Source of the DNA: Camelus ferus
Taxonomy: Eukaryota
NCBI RefSeq assembly: GCF_009834535.1
Contig: NC_045697.1
Location: 105,154,001-105,218,000 of the forward strand
Direction of reading: 5' to 3'
DNA length: 64,000 nt
Each line of letters opens with the position of its first letter. Position 1 is the first letter of the stretch. The notes beneath the pieces were generated by a model. It ran no database searches. It worked only from the letters and a program-made list of their open reading frames with translations, and was not told the origin of the DNA. The position numbers and the translations under genes were made by a program. Shown here piece by piece: positions 14,096 to 29,239 of the stretch.

Positions 14096-16630
14096 CCTCA
14101 ACAAAATATTAGCAAACAGAATCCAACCACACATAAAAGAGATCATACACCATGATCAAGTTCAATTTATCCCAGGGACACAAAGATGGTTCAACATATG
14201 CAAAACAATCAATGTGATACACCACATCAACAACAGAAAGGACAAAAATCACATGATCATCTCAACAGATACAGAAAAAGCATTTGACAAAATTCAACAT
14301 CCATTTAAGATTAAAAAATCTTACCAAAGTGGGTATAGAGGGAACATATCTCAACATAATAAAAGCTGTTTATGACAAACCCACAGCCAGCAAAATACTT
14401 AATGGTGAAAAGCTGAAAGCCTTTCCGCTAAAATCTGGAACAAGACAAGGATGCCCGCTCTCACTTCTATTCAACATAGTAATGGAAGTCCTAGCCGTAG
14501 CAATTAGACAAGAAAAAGAAATAAAAGGGATCCAAATTGGAAGAGAAGAGGTAAAATTGTCATTATATATGGATGACATGATGCTATATATAGAAAACCC
14601 AAAAGGCTCCAAACAAAAACTACTAGCACTAATAAAGAGAATCTGGCAAGGTAGCAGGATACAAGATTAACATACAGATATCAGTGGCATTTCTTTACAC
14701 TAACAATGAAATATCAGAAAAGCAAAGTAAAGAAACAATCCCTTTTAAAATTGTATCCAAAAAAATAAAATACTTAGGAATAAATCTGACCAAGGAAGTG
14801 AAAGACTTATACGAGCAGGACTACAAAACATTCACTAAGGAAATTAAAGATGACTTAAAGAAATGAATAGATACCCCATGTTCTTGGATTGGAAGAATTA
14901 ATATTAATATTAATATTGGCCATAGTACCCAAAGCAATCTACAGATTTAATGTGATTCCTATCAAATTACCCAGGACATTTTTCACAGGATTAGAACAGA
15001 TAATCCTAAAATTTAAATGGAATCACAAAAGACCTAGAATTGCCAAAGCATTACTTAAGAAAAAGAATGAAGCTGGAAGAATAACCCTTCCACACTTCAG
15101 ACAATACTATTGAGCTACAGTCATCAAAACAGCATGGTATTGGTACAAAGACAGGCATATGGATCAGTGGAACAGAACAGAGAGTCCAGAAATGAACCCA
15201 CAAACTTTTGGTCAATTCATCTTTGACAAAGAAGGCAAGAACATACAATGAAATAAAGACTGTCTCTTTAGCAAATGATGCTGGGAAAACTGGGCAGCAG
15301 CATGTAAGTCAGTGAAGTTAGAACACTCCTTTACACCATACACAAAAATCAACTCAAAATGGCTTAAAGACTTAAACATAAGACAAGACACTACAAACCT
15401 TAGAAGAAAACATAGGCAAAACATTATCTGACATAAATCTCAGCAATGTTCTCCTAGGGCAGTCTACCCAGACCATAGAAATAAAAGCAAAAATAAACAA
15501 ATGGGACCTAATTAAACTTATAAACTTTTGCACAGCAAAGGAAACCATAAGCAAAACAAAAACACAACCTACAGAATGGCAGAAAATATTTGCAAAAGAT
15601 GAGACTGACAAGGGCTTAATTTCCAGAATATATAAACAGCTCATACAAATTAATAAGAAAAAAACAAACAACTCAATCCAAAAATGGGCAGAAGACCTAA
15701 ACAAGCAATTCTCCAATGAAGACATACGAATAGCCAATAGGCACATGAAAAAATACCGCTAATTATCAGAGAAATGCAAATCAAAACTACAATGAGGTAT
15801 CACCTCACACCAGTCAGAATGGCCACTATTCCAAAGTCCACAAATGATAAATGCTGGAGAGGGTGTGGAGAAAAGGGAACCCTCCTACACTGCTAGAAGG
15901 AATGTAGTTTGGTGCAGCCATTATGGAAAACAGTATGGAGATTCCTCAAAAGACTAAAAATACACTTACCATATGATCCAGCAATCCCACTCCTGGGCAT
16001 ATATCCAGAGGGAACCTTAATTCAAAAAGACACCAGCACCCCAAAGTTCATTGCAGGACTATTTACAATAGCCAAGACATGGAAACAACCTAAATGTCCA
16101 TCGACAAATGACTTGATAAAGAAGTTGTAGTATATGTATACAATGGAACACTACTCAGCCATAAAAATAAGAAAAATAATGCCATTTGTGGCAACATAGA
16201 TGAACCTGGAGAATGTCATTCTAAGTGAAGCAAGCCAGAAAGAGAAAGAAAAATTTCACATGATATCACTCATATGTGGAATCTAAAAAAAAAAAAAAAA
16301 AAAAGACAAACGAACTTATTTATAAAACAGAAACAGACTCACAGACATAGAAAACAAAGTTATGGTTACTGGGGGGAAAGGGGGTAGGAAGGGATAAATT
16401 GGGAGTTCAAGATTAGCAGATACTAACTACTATATACAAAATAGATAAACAACAAGTTTATACCATATAGCACAGGGAACCATATTCAACATCTTTTAGA
16501 AACCTATGGTGAAGACGAATATGAGAACGAACATATGTATGTTCCTATATGACTGAAGTACTGTGCTGTACACCAGAAATTGACACAACATTGTAAACTG
16601 ACTACACTTCAATAAAAATATATTTTTTAA
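14096..16630 (+). mobile_element. 5'-truncated LINE-1 (RT region to 3' end), older and related to the full-length copy
   Basis: Fragmented ORF2 ([20 protein letters not shown]). TSD aaagc(t/c)atatttgct at 14081-14095 and 16631-16645. Confidence 0.93.
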
Positions 16631-16915
16631 AAAGCCATATTTGCTGAAAACTACCACCACAGAGCTGAGGATGAGCTGGAGTTGAACTAAAATTGGATGC
16701 CTACACTGTATTAAGAACAAAAAGTAATAAGATGGCTAGAAAAGGCAATGCAACTCATGTGAGAATGTTAAAACAATTCATTTAAACAGAAGCAGACATA
16801 AAACATGATTAGGAGCAAAGCATTTATCTGCATGACCGCAATGGGTTTCCAGGGGTCAGAATTCCCCTTTTTGGCTCTGGAAAGTATTTAAGACTCTGGC
16901 TCAGAAAAAAGTTAC

Positions 16916-17003
16916 CGTATGAATCTCTTATGATCTCCCTTGCTAGGTTTAACTCAAGGGAAACCATACAAGAAAGCAATCTGTCCAGGGAATACGCTTC
17001 TAC
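16916..17003 (-). pseudogene. Fossil exon, module 3
   Basis: ttttgttcaaag|...|gtaact, 88 nt, open. VEAYSLDRLLSCMVSLELNLAREIIRDSY vs recalled LLLRREVMFLQFDAAVRHLIRRTF. Phase 1 joins the 11336 acceptor in frame. Confidence 0.6.
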
Positions 17004-18289
17004 CTTTGAACAAAAGTACATAAACTTATTGACAGGCACAGGAAAAATCTCTCATGGCCCACCGAGTCCAACCTGGTACATTACAATCAGAGATTTTTCA
17101 ACCTGGGGGCAGCACCAGTCATGTCTTCCTAAACCTCCCCTGGTCACAGGCCATTTGTGCCAGCAATCATTGCTCACGGCGTGCCTGTTCCTACTGAAGC
17201 CTTCCTGGGGCTGATTCACTCTCCTACTGTGATTTTCCCCTTCCCGTGGACTTTCGGGCTCCTTCCATCTTTTCTTTTTGATGATCTGTGCTGAGACGCT
17301 GGCCACTGTTCCTTCCTTATGTCTACTTACAAGGATCTGACACCAAATATGGATTCAGGGCCCTGGGACCCAGAGGAGTATAAAGTTTTTCACCGTCTCA
17401 TTGGGGTTGAGGGCTTGTTGCTTATCAAGTACCCAAGAAGCTTAGAGCTATAAACGGAGAAGACCGATGTGGAGAACTATATATATACCGAGAGGGGCAG
17501 ACAGAACCGTGTGTAATGGACAGTGGCCCTTGTCATGAACATCCATTTTCACCAGCAAGAAACCTCAATGGTGGCACCTTTGACCATAAAGACCAGGAAA
17601 ACCTCTTAAAACCAGGGCAAATCTACTGCAGCTCCATGTCTTTACTTGCTGGGAGGTTTACTCAATCAGATAAATTGTCTTGTTGTCTTGTTTTAATTTT
17701 CTAAAGGGTACCATGTAACTTCAGCAGAGTGGTACAACAGAGAAAGTTACCAACATTTGATCTTAACTTCTTAAGACACTAGGAGCCCCGTGTCTGGAGT
17801 GTGTTAAGGCTGTGAATTTGCTATACGCTTAAGCACAAAAACAGGGGTAAATATTGTAGTTACAATCAATAGGTGTTACAGTAATGGAAGAAAAAAATGG
17901 AAATAAGATTTTATTGGTAAGAATGCATAGGAACCATTGGATATATACAAATGTTTATCTATATGTGTATATTTACATATATGTATATTTATATAAATGT
18001 ATACGCAGAGGCAAAAACAAAGTAGTGCATTGAGAATGTGATCCAAAGAGAATCTTCAAACAAAAAACATGTTATAGTTGAATGGTCTATTATACAAACA
18101 CACGACTTTGCACAATCATAGGAAATGCTACTGTTCTAAGGAATTTAAAAGGCTACAGGATATAATTACATATTCCCTCACAGGTAACAAGAGTTCACAT
18201 TAGCCTATGTGGTTTTATTGTTTTGTTTTAGGTAACATTTCGGTGTATTACCCTTCTCTTATTTTTCCAAGTACCCCTTTTCAAAAAAG

Positions 18290-19130
18290 TATAGAAATAG
18301 GTGTTTTCTCACCCATTTTAAGTGTACAATTCCACAGTTATTAGTTCATTTATAGACTTGAGCAACTATCACCACAATCCAGTTTTAGAACCTCCCCATT
18401 ACCTCAAAAAGGTCGCTGATGCTCCCCTGCAGTCATTTCTCATCTCTTCTACCCCAACCATCACTGATTTGTTTTCTCTTTAGAACTGCCTTTCTAAGGC
18501 TAGTACAATGAAATCATATAATAAATAGTATTTTGCTGTTGGCGTTTTTCACTTAACGCAACGCTTTTGAGGTTCATCTGTGCTGCAGACTGAAACACCA
18601 CCTCATTCCTCTCTGTAGCGGAAGAGTCTTCCATAATGTGGATACACCGCATTGTGGAATCTTTCACCAACTGATCAACGCTGGATGGCTTCCACACTGT
18701 TGCTATACTGAATGATGCTCACACGAACATTGGTATATAAATCTTTGTGGGGGCATATGTTTTCATTTTTCTTGGGTCTAAGAGTGGAATCTCATTCACT
18801 TTTTTAAAGAAACTGACAAACTGCTTTTCAAACTGGCTACATCATTTTATGTTTCCACTACCAACATATAAGGGTTCTAGTTTTTTCACATCGTCACTAA
18901 CACTTATTATTATTTGTTTTATTTTGTATCTCTAATTATAGCCATTCTAGTGGGCTTGAGGTGAAATTTCACTACGACTTAAATTTACTTTTCCTTAATG
19001 ATTACGATGTTGAACATCTATCCCTCCATGGAATTGTGAGCCATTCATATTATCTTCTTTGGTGTATGTTCAAAAATTTGTTCATTTTTTAAAAGAGTTG
19101 TTTGCCATCTTATTATTGGGTTCTAAGCAT
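18290..19130 (-). mobile_element. Old L1M fragment
   Basis: Antisense L1 3'-region motifs (ttttaagtgtacaattc, tagccattctagtggg). Confidence 0.7.
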
Positions 19131-19149
19131 AATTATGAAATACAGAACC

Positions 19150-19622
19150 AAGACATTATTTGCCATTTTCATTCTCATTCTTTTATGAGTATACAATGAA
19201 GTTTTGCAGAGACTAGAAGTACCTACAATTATCTGAAAAGGCTCTTAAATACACTTTTTTTCAACTATATGTCTGGGTGAAGCCACACCATCTTCATATA
19301 CTACCAACAAATACAACGTGAGAATCCAGCTGTCTTCCATTAAACCAGAAAATAAAGATTTGCAAAAATAAAAATCAATGCTATTCTTCTCACTACTTTT
19401 TTCAGAAAAGTTATTTTTCATAAAAATATGTAATTGTTCATGTGTAATGGGTTTTTATTATTGTTCTGGAAGGAATTAAGAAATATTTTTAAAAGTCTGT
19501 TTTCATTTCTAATGTGAAAAATACAGACAGTTATAACTTAAACAGACAAAAGCTCTTTGGGGTCTTCAACATTTTTAAGCACGTCAAGGAATCCTGCGAC
19601 TAAAAGCCTTTAGAACCACTGA
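19150..19622. mobile_element. Charlie-type hAT transposon fragment
   Basis: aacagacaaaagctctttggggtcttcaac...tttagaaccactg resembles the Charlie1 terminus. Confidence 0.55.
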
Positions 19623-19998
19623 AGTAGGGAAACCGTATGTTAAGGAAATATTGGAGTGACTTGTGATTCTAGAGGCTACCAGAAGGCATTTTCATATGCC
19701 AAGGTCAAAGCAGACAAAATTCATAGTCAAAGGAAAACTTCCTCACAGAACCCAGCTACAGGTGCAACAGACAAGAAAGCGGCACAAATCTGGAGATGCC
19801 GAGTGCTGTCCTGGGCAGCAGTTGGTGGCAAGGATCTCTGCTCCTCACCTGGACTAGGGTGGACGGGATGTGGGGGCGTAGGGAGACAGCACTGTGTCGA
19901 TGTGAAAAATACACAGAATGGACTCTGATTAATCCCAGGTTTTTAACATCTGCTTCTTTATATCAGCAAACATTTTTGAAGGCTCTGAGAGGCTTTAC

Positions 19999-21248
19999 CA
20001 TCACATACTGAGCAGTGGAATAAAGAAGCTGGCAAACAAGAAAATACAGAAAGTACAAAGAATTAGCTGGAGGTGAGACCAAATTTCTGATGCAATTACT
20101 GTTGAAACCTGTGAATGTCATGTTGGTCTCATCCATCTCTTGGGACAATGCTGGCAGAAGATAGTGGCTAAGGAGCGTGAATGGTACACCGTAAGCCTTT
20201 ACTATGATGTGAACCTACCAATAATACTTTTTTGGAATACATCTGCTAAACCTCAAACAAGATTTCCAAACACTGTAGCAGTGCTATAAAGTCATGACGA
20301 AGACGTACAACTCATAGAGTAAGTCTTTCTCAGTCACCGCAATTTATTCTCAGACTTTCTGGAGTTTGAAGGGGACTACCTGTTAAACTGGTGGTCACTG
20401 TATGTCATGAACTAGTACAAATGAAAAAGGAAATGGATGATAACAATTAGAAGAGGAAATTGGATAAGCGCCTTCAAAACAAATCGATGAAAATTTCTTT
20501 ATCTTTTTTCCTATTTATTGAGACTAGAAAAAACCCCAAACCTCCAGTAACTACAGATTTAAATCAGAGGTAAAGCATATCCTTATTACACTGTAAAGCC
20601 AGCTTAGAAATAGTACTATAATCTTAAACTCTAATATGGAACAATTATAGTAACCTAACTTACAGATTTGTATGTGTGTATGTGGATATTTATGAGTGTG
20701 GATTAAATGACTTGGTATCATATATGAAGAGCTAGAACCCTCTCTGGCACTCACTAAGCTTACTTGATTATGCAATCACTCCTCAATAAGCAATCAATAA
20801 TCAGTAAGCATTAGCTATTATTATGGTTGTTATTGATACAAAAGAAAGCTCACTGATGCCAAACAGGACTTTTGTGTGTCTGATCTGTGGAACACCATCT
20901 TTATATTGTCTTGAAATTAAATGAAACATCATTCGTATTAGAACACATCTTAAAAAGAGGCATAAACCACCACCTAAAATGACAGATTTTTTGTTATTTG
21001 CAGTTATGGGGAATGAGGAGAGCAAGAACAGTTAAAATTCCCAGTAGATTCCTACTTTTTAGGAGGGCGTCAGGTGCTACATACACAAAAGCCTTCTGAT
21101 TTAGTACATGAGCCCAAAGCCCGCTTTAGCCAACAGTGTTTGCCTGAAGGAAATTCACTCTGGTTATCCAATGCTACAAAGAAGCAATGGGACAAATTCC
21201 TATTACCTTCAACAACAAGTCTGCTCTCTGGTAGAAGGAACAATAATT
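19999..21248 (-). pseudogene. Fossil exons 21248-21085 (open, 164 nt) and 20411-19999, module 3
   Basis: ttttttaag|...|gtatgt encloses 54 stop-free codons. The second exon ends LPALSQEMDETNMTFTGFNSNCIRNLVSPPANSLYFLYFLVCQLLYSTAQYVM|gtaaag after a frameshift. Confidence 0.55.
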
Positions 21249-23694
21249 CTTAAAAAAATTTAAAGATGATAGTTGAAAGAGAGGCAGTGTACCCAGTAGT
21301 GGAGACACTGATTTATGAACCATTGGATGAATAAAAATTTTCAGTGTACTTCATTTCCATTACAAATGGTAGCATTTAGGAAATTAAGAAAATAATAAAA
21401 GCCAAACAATTTAAAAATGTAGGTTATATGTTCTGTCTGATTGAGATCCATATGGAATTCAGATTAACACTGTAGCTCGCCATCTGAAACGCTTATAAGG
21501 AAGGAGCAGAGAAGGTAGACGCTCTGGCATTTGTTTTGCCACAGTTCAATAAAATAAGTGCTTATGGATCATGTGCCAGCTTTTTAGATGCTATAGGGAT
21601 ACAAAGATGTTTCAGGTAACATTTTATGCCCTGGGGAATTCACAGAAGAGACTGGAAGTGTCGAGATCTATACAGGGTCATGCTCCGGCACCCTCAGGGG
21701 ATTGGTTCCACAACCTTCTGTGGATACCAAAATCCACAGATGCTCAAGGTGCTTATATAAAAGGGGCCAACTGTACATAAATGTTTGGGAGGGGACGGAA
21801 AAGAAAGTGGGTAAAAGGAAGGAAAAAGGCATCGGGGTAAAAACGTATGGTAAAGTTAACATGCACATTTGGGTGGAAGGGAACAAAAAACGTGAACCGG
21901 AATTCTCTAGAAAGACATCAGAAAGAAGATTAAAAAGGGCTAAAAACCGAAATGCTAGAGAAGTCAAAGGTATTCCGGTTCCAGCCCCACTGTCCAACCT
22001 GATCATCCAGCCGGCCCTGCGCAGACAACCCCTCCCCTGCAGCAGTGTTACAGAGCTGGGCATGCAGCTCCAAACAGTCCTCATGCCGCCTTCAAATTTC
22101 CATTCATTCTCCCTCCCAGTTTCAAATGCATTCCTCCTTCCCTGCTTCTCTAACTCTTATTCTTCTCCAAGACTCAGCTTAAGACCCATAAGGAAGCCCT
22201 CATTTGGTCCTCATTAGGCACCATCATGCATTGTTAGTGTTGTTTTCACACATATGTTTTAATCTCCAACTAGACCATAAAGCGGCTGGAGCACATGGCC
22301 TGTGTATTATACAAATCTGTGTGCTCCCCACTGTGCCTGGCAGGCTTTCAATAAATATTTGGTCGTTGATGAAGGTAGAATCTGATTTAGGAGCAAAGTC
22401 AGACTGTTACTGAGCTATGATGAGCTCTTATTAAAAGAAGGCACGGAGAAATAAGCATTGGAAAAATACCAGCTGAGCGGTAGTAGGCTAAGATTAGGGA
22501 CAGGGAGGAGTCTGCCAAGTGATGGAGAAAAAAATACCTGAATAAATGGAGGAGGGAGAGCAGAGCCATTTTGAAGGAAGAGTAAATTAAGACTTGGAGA
22601 CTGATTTTACATAAAGAACAAAGGCAAGAGCTGAATCCAAATGACTTCAAGGTTATAAACCTTAGTGTCTGAAATAATAATGGTGGTATCATTCACAGTA
22701 ATGTGGAATTTGGAAAGAATCGCCAAGTTTGCAGGAAGGCTCAGAAGTTCACATTTCATCCTCTATCTTAAGCATCAGCACAATACAGGCATAGAAAGAT
22801 TCTGTAGGCAAATGAACCTAAGGAACATGACAGAGGACTGAAGCTGCAGAGAGGGCAATGTTGACTTTGGAGACATTTACAAACATATGCTGCCTGAATT
22901 TACCAAAGGGATTAAGTGAAAAAGGGAAAGGACCAGAGAGTCAGAACCACTAGCATAGACAACATGGGAATGCCTACTCTCAGGAAGAAGCAGGTGATTT
23001 TACAATAAATTTAATGAGCTGTATAGTCAAGAATTTTATGATTAAGGGACAAAATGTATTTCACTTTCAAGATTTTATAAAAGACTACCTATATACACAT
23101 ATACTTATTAATCAAAAAATAAAATGTACCATTCTATTTTATGATCTGACATTGAAAGCACAATGAATTTTATCTGTTTCTCCTCTTCAATCCTAACACA
23201 CAGTAAAAGCAGAGAGCAAGCAACGAATAAACGCTGGTCATGTAAACTGGCCAAGTGTTTCCATTAGAAACAGCGAGGTGGCATTACATTGTGGGTTATG
23301 CACACCACGGTGACCGAGGCTCTCTCTCAACTCTAATGTGAGCCCTGTATTTATATTTCATAGCTGGAGAGCATTTTCAATTCTTTCACACCTTATGGAT
23401 TTCCACATATTCTAAACTTCGAGAGGTAATGTGGCATGTGGGAAACTATTTGGGCTCTGGAGGTGAACAAACTGGGTTAGAATCCCAGCTCTGCCATATA
23501 TTTTAAAACTATGAAGCTTCTGGAAGTAATGACTTCAATGTCCTCACTTAAAGATGCAAATAACAATATATTTAACAGGATTGTTATGAAGAGTAAAAGA
23601 GATAGCACGTGTGATAGGGCCTGAATAAGGGAAAGAAATTTGTTTATTTTCCCTCTTATTTGGGGAAAGTTACCTTGAGAAAAAAAAAAAAAAC

Positions 23695-24777
23695 CTCCTA
23701 GAGTTGAGATTCCGGCATCTCATTTCCATTTTAATCAAGCCTTTCCTCTTTCTGCTGAATCAAGGCAAAACTGATGAACAAAGAGGAACATATTACTAGA
23801 AATTAAATATTAAGGAATTATAACTTAAGCAAGGATGTCACGTATAAAATTGGAACCTTGAATCTTCATTGGGCAGACTGGAAGCTATGAAGATATACAG
23901 TATATTGTTGATAAATTGATTATTCTTCTTTCTCCTGAAGGCCTCCCCTTCTAACTGGCATCTTATCTTCTTGACCCCCTACCCGAGCTGACACAAGACT
24001 CTAGAGAACCCTGTCTCCAAATTCATAGGGTTCTGGTGGACGACAGGAAACACGTGGAGGCTTGACAACAGACAGAAACGTCCTGCTGAACGATCAGCAA
24101 CACAACAGTCTGTAAAATGCTGTGTGAGTTTCTAGAAAAGTTTGTCTACACATTAGAAAATATGAGTCAATGTTTGCAAATGTAATTCATTATGAAACTA
24201 CATCAAACCATGCCTCCAAAAACAGATATAAAAATATAAATTCCGTCATCTCCAGAACTTTGTTTGCAAAAGTTTATACATAATCATTTTATGAATTCTG
24301 TAGGAATTTAATTTTTTTCTCTGCTGAAACTGACACAAATATTCATTTAGAAAATATTCATTCCCATCAGCTCCTAATGAATTATATATCATTTGTGAAT
24401 ATTAAAACTTGACTAATTTGGCAATAATTAGAGCTCTTTTGAAAAGAGAACTTCAATATCACTTCTATGCTGCTAACAGATTTACTCAGTTCCAGAAAGA
24501 TGTCACTAGAAAATAACATGAAAAACCTTTTTTATTAACAAAAACCAATCTCTTGGGGAAATGAAGTGAATGCGAAACATTTAACAGAAGACTCATCTGG
24601 AAGATTATAATTCTAATATTTTTATACTCTAAGTTCAGCTGAACTCAAACATCTGACATTCTGTACTATTAGTTGGGTCATTTTTACCTTTTTCAAAATG
24701 GATGTTTATGACTTACTAATCAACATCCCAGCTTTGTACAGAAGTTGACTGAAGTAAGAGTAGGTATTTTCAGATGT
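23695..24777 (-). pseudogene. Fossil exons in 24777-23695, module 3
   Basis: YFSQLLYKAGM vs recalled FVSIQLEKVGL. LKKVK...LSSAELRV* vs IEKVK...MSHYALRGQ. SFQSAQ vs SLQSPQ. Confidence 0.45.
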
Positions 24778-25039
24778 CTGCAATCCATAATATAAGATAA
24801 ATAAAATTAAGATAAAATGCCTATGCTTTCCTAAGATATGTTTAATCAAAACTAACACATAGTAAAATTTCCTAAGGCATCTACCACAGAATAGTTACTG
24901 AAAGCTTTACATACATGAATACTAAGTTAAAGTTCCAGTTTTATACATGCTATTCTTGCTTAAGTGATCATTCCTTCCAAATTTTACTAAGAGCTTATTC
25001 AATACCAGGTATTCTGCTCCATTCTGGGTCTTGAGTTTA

Positions 25040-27910
25040 ATCAAGATAAAATTCACTGCATAATCCAATCAATTTGGATAAATATATATCCCCACCAAAT
25101 CAAGATACAGAATCTTTTCATTATCCCAGAAAGTTCCCCTGGGGCCTCTTCCAGACAATCCCCACCTACCACTAGACCATCACTGTTTAGATTTCAAATG
25201 CCATAGTTTGGTTTTTGCCTTCTTTTGAACTTCATACAAATGGAACTGCACAGTAAGCCTTCTTCTGTGTCTGACTTCTTAACATACGTTTTTAAGATTC
25301 ACCCAAGTTGTTATGTGTGCCTCTAGTTCATTCTTTTTCACTGCTGAGTAGTATTCTCTTACATGAATATACATAGTCTATCATATTGTGAATAAAGATG
25401 CTATGAATATTTACATAGATATATTTGTGTGTATTGTTTTCATTGTACTTGATAAATATGGCATATATTAGGTAGGGCATAGGGTACACATAAACTTTTT
25501 AGGAAACTAAAAAACTGTTTTCTAAAATGGTTGTACTATTGTATACTTCCCCCAGCAAATTTGAGAGATCCAGCTAATATATGCCCTGGCTGATATTTGG
25601 TAATGTCCATCTTTATCACCAAATGTTGTAGGTGTGAAATAGTGACTCATTGAGGTTTTAATGTGCAACTTGTATTTCTCTGGCTGCTAACGATGTTAAC
25701 ATCTTTGTGCTTACAGGTCAAGCATCACTGGTGGAGCGTGTGCTCAAGTCTTTCTGCTAATACTTTTTTAACTTTGAAGTAATTTCAGGCTTACAAAAAA
25801 GTTGAAAAAAAGTCCAAAGAGTTCCTATACACCCATCAGTCAGCTTCTCCAAATGTTGACATCCTGCCTAATCACAGTAGACTTATCACTGAGTTATGCT
25901 ACGGTACTATTAACTAGGACACAGACAATATTCTCCTATCATCAACTGTCCCACTAATGTACTTTCCTGGTTCAGGATCCAGTCTAGGATTCCACACCGC
26001 ATTTAGCTGTTGTGTTTACTTAGTTTCTCTCCTCCAATTTGGGACACTCAGTTTTTGTTGTTCATGACCACAGTACTATCAAAGAGTATTGGTTAGTTAT
26101 TTTGTAGAATGCTTCTTAGCTTGAATTGTCTGTTATTCCCTCATGCTTAAATTCAGCTATGTATTTTTGGCAAAAATATCACAAAGGTGATACTGTTCCC
26201 TTTTCAGTGCACCATATCAGATGTATGTGATGTTGCCATTTCTCCTTACTGGGGGTATTAACTTTGATTACTTGGTTCAAGTAGTGTCTGCCAGGTTCCT
26301 CCACTATAGTGTCATTATTTTTCTCTGTTATTAATAAATATTTTAGAGGGAGATATTTTGAGACAAGGCAAATACAGTCAGCCCTCCATACCCGCAGGTT
26401 TCTGCATCTGCAGATTCAACCAACCATGGATCAAAAATATTTGGAGGATAAAAATTTCAGAAAGTTCCAAAATGCAAAACTTGAATTTGCTGCATGCTGG
26501 CAACCATTAATATAGCATTTATGTTGTATTTACAACTATTTATATCATGTTAGGTATTATAAGTCATCAAGAGATGATTTAAAGCCTACGGGAGGATGTG
26601 TGTATGTATACGCAAATACATGTACAGTAAGGGACATACATTTTACATCAAGGACTTGAGCATCCACAGATTTTGATATCTGCAGGGCGTCCTGGAGCCA
26701 ACCCTCTACAGACGCTGGTGGACAACTGTATCCTGCTTTTTATATTTTCACCCACTAATTTAGCATCCATTACTCATTCTTACTTGCAACAATTATTACT
26801 GCGGTGTTGGCCAAGCAGTGGCTCTCATTTCTTCTACATTTATTAATGGAATTGTACTGTAAGGAAGAATCATTAATTTCCCCTCACTTACATATTTACA
26901 GTGTATAGATTGTGGATACTTTATTTATACTCTGGGTTATAACCCATTTTTGTCATTTTGTTGCTCAAGTTGTCCCAGGATTTGCCACTGGGAGCTCCTG
27001 CACATTGGCTGTTGTGTACTTCTGACTTGCCTACATCATTTTTTTTTTAAAGACCCCATTACTTTTTGGTGCCACGAGTTGTTCCAGGATCATCTTGTAT
27101 GTTCCCTGCCCCAGCCGGAAATTCAACCATTTCTCCAAAGATCCTGACCGTTTTGTGGGAGAATGGTACTTATGAGAAATCAGGATCTGGATGCTGGGTG
27201 TCCTTACTGCGACTGGTGTCACCGCTTCTGGGCCTTCTCAGGAACAAGAAAGTGTATATATGTATATACAAACAGATGTATCTATATCTACTTATATGTA
27301 TGTGGATTAAAAATTATGAGTTCATACTGCTATTTCCTGTTCCAGTCCAACAGTACAGGGTTCATTCCTTATTTGTAACCAGTCTCTTTAGTTTCTGGTT
27401 AATCCTACCGGTGCAAATATGCGCAAATATGCAGATATATGAATATTAAACTTTATATTTTCATCTTTCTCAGATGACCAGTAGCATTACATAGATGCAC
27501 TTTTGCACTCTGCTTTTTCCACTCAACTAAAAGTCCGTATCAGTTCTGGCTTTTTCTCATTCTTTCACAAAGCTCTGTAGCACTCCACTGTGTGGATGTA
27601 CCAGGGCTGATTTAACCATTCTCCTATGTATGGCCATTTAGGTTATTTCCAATATTTTGCAATAACAAGGAAAGCTGCAATTAGTATTTCCTTTTTAAAA
27701 ATTGGGTGATCTGTCTTTTTAAAAAAGAATATATATACACCCCTATGTACATAGATATAAATATATATATAAAGACGATACACATCTTATATAAACATGC
27801 CCTTTGTCAGATGTACAAGATGTAGGTTGTAAATAATTTCTTCAGTCTGTATTTCCTTTGCATTTTCTTAATGGTATCTTTTGATGAGCAGAGCTCAAAA
27901 TTGTGGCAAA
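25040..27910 (-). mobile_element. Nested old L1M fragments
   Basis: Several degenerate antisense L1 3' segments, interrupted by a Tigger element. Confidence 0.6.
26374..26728. mobile_element. Tigger3/Golem-type Tc1-mariner MITE
   Basis: ta|cagtcagccctccatacc...gacaactg|ta terminal inverted repeats with TA target duplication. Confidence 0.75.
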
Positions 27911-29239
27911 GCCCCAAAATTTTTCATGAAAAGACAGTAAAACAGAAGAAGGCTTTAAAAAGTCTGAAGAGTTGCTGAGATTTAAATACCTATTTTTAAA
28001 AAGTGGGTCAGCTATACAAACTGTAAATATACAGTTTAGGAAACCTCATATTCAAGCCTATATAATAACAGCGTTCAGAGAAACAGAATCTTCCCGCCAC
28101 AGCCGGACTGCTGGCAGGAGAGAAAGGCAAGGACACAGTCCAAACCCAGGCATGATACGGATGAAAGAGCTGGGAGGCAGAGGCGGGATGAACAATTCCA
28201 GTGGAAGGCCTGGGTACCAGGGGAAACGTTTTGTCCAGACTCCACGCAGAAGATCACTGAACAAAGAGACAAGGTACAGGCAGGGGAAGCCACCTCTTAG
28301 CCTTCTGCTGAAAGCAGACCAAAGCAAGTGAGGTTAGAGACCAGTGGACATGCCAACTCTGGGACTGGAAAGGGTCCCACGACCCTGATTCCAAAGCAAC
28401 AAATGCTATCTGGGCTGTGGCTTTCCTGGCAGGAAGGGATGAGATCTGGGTAGAGAATACTGACATTCTCAGCTCAGAGATGCACGCCCTGACAGGTCAC
28501 AGACACTCCTATGACACCCAGGTCTCCCAGTCCTCTGACCTGCCATATCAAAGAGAAAAGACACCAAAGTACAATTTACTGGGTGACCTCTGGCCCAAGA
28601 TTCTGACTTAAAGTTAGAAGAAAGCTGATCTTTTCATATACTGCTTGAAATTAAAGAGACCTTGTAATGGTCATTATTGAAGTCCGCATACTACCCATTT
28701 TCCCCCTTCTCTCGTCCCAAAGATCTCTAAATACCCCCCCTTCCCATCTCTTCCCACAGAGTTGATTCAAGGGAGCGAACTCCAACCTCAGCCGAGGGAT
28801 AATTCTTAATCCCACAGGTAATATCAAGCCTGATGTCAACAACTGTTCACTGGTGAGCGTGTAACTCTAAGGCCAAAAGTTTGCAGAGGACTTCTGGTAA
28901 AATGAAGCAAACTTATTTATTATTATTATTATTTTTAAATGAGAATTCTCTCTCTCCTCTTGTACAGAGAAAGCACACAGCTCCAGTTGCTCCTGGGGGT
29001 AAAACAGGCACTTAGAAGGGAGAACAGGAAACAACCCCGGAGCCTGATATTTTTATTCTCCTCTATCTGCCAATCCTGACACCTGCCTTCCCTCTGAATT
29101 TGTCATTATGTGAGCCAGTAATGTTCTGTATGATTGAAGTCTGTTTGTGTTGGATTTTTGAAAATTAATTCCAGCTAAAAGCGTTCTAAATGATAGAATA
29201 TCCTACTGAACACCCAGACCTTTGCCTCAGCTAAGTAAC

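Noticed and set aside
21702..22217. 171-aa plus-strand ORF and overlapping 138-aa minus-strand ORF
   Set aside because: They span a MER2/Tigger-like fragment, purine-rich low-complexity sequence and an L2-like remnant, with no splice or homology support.
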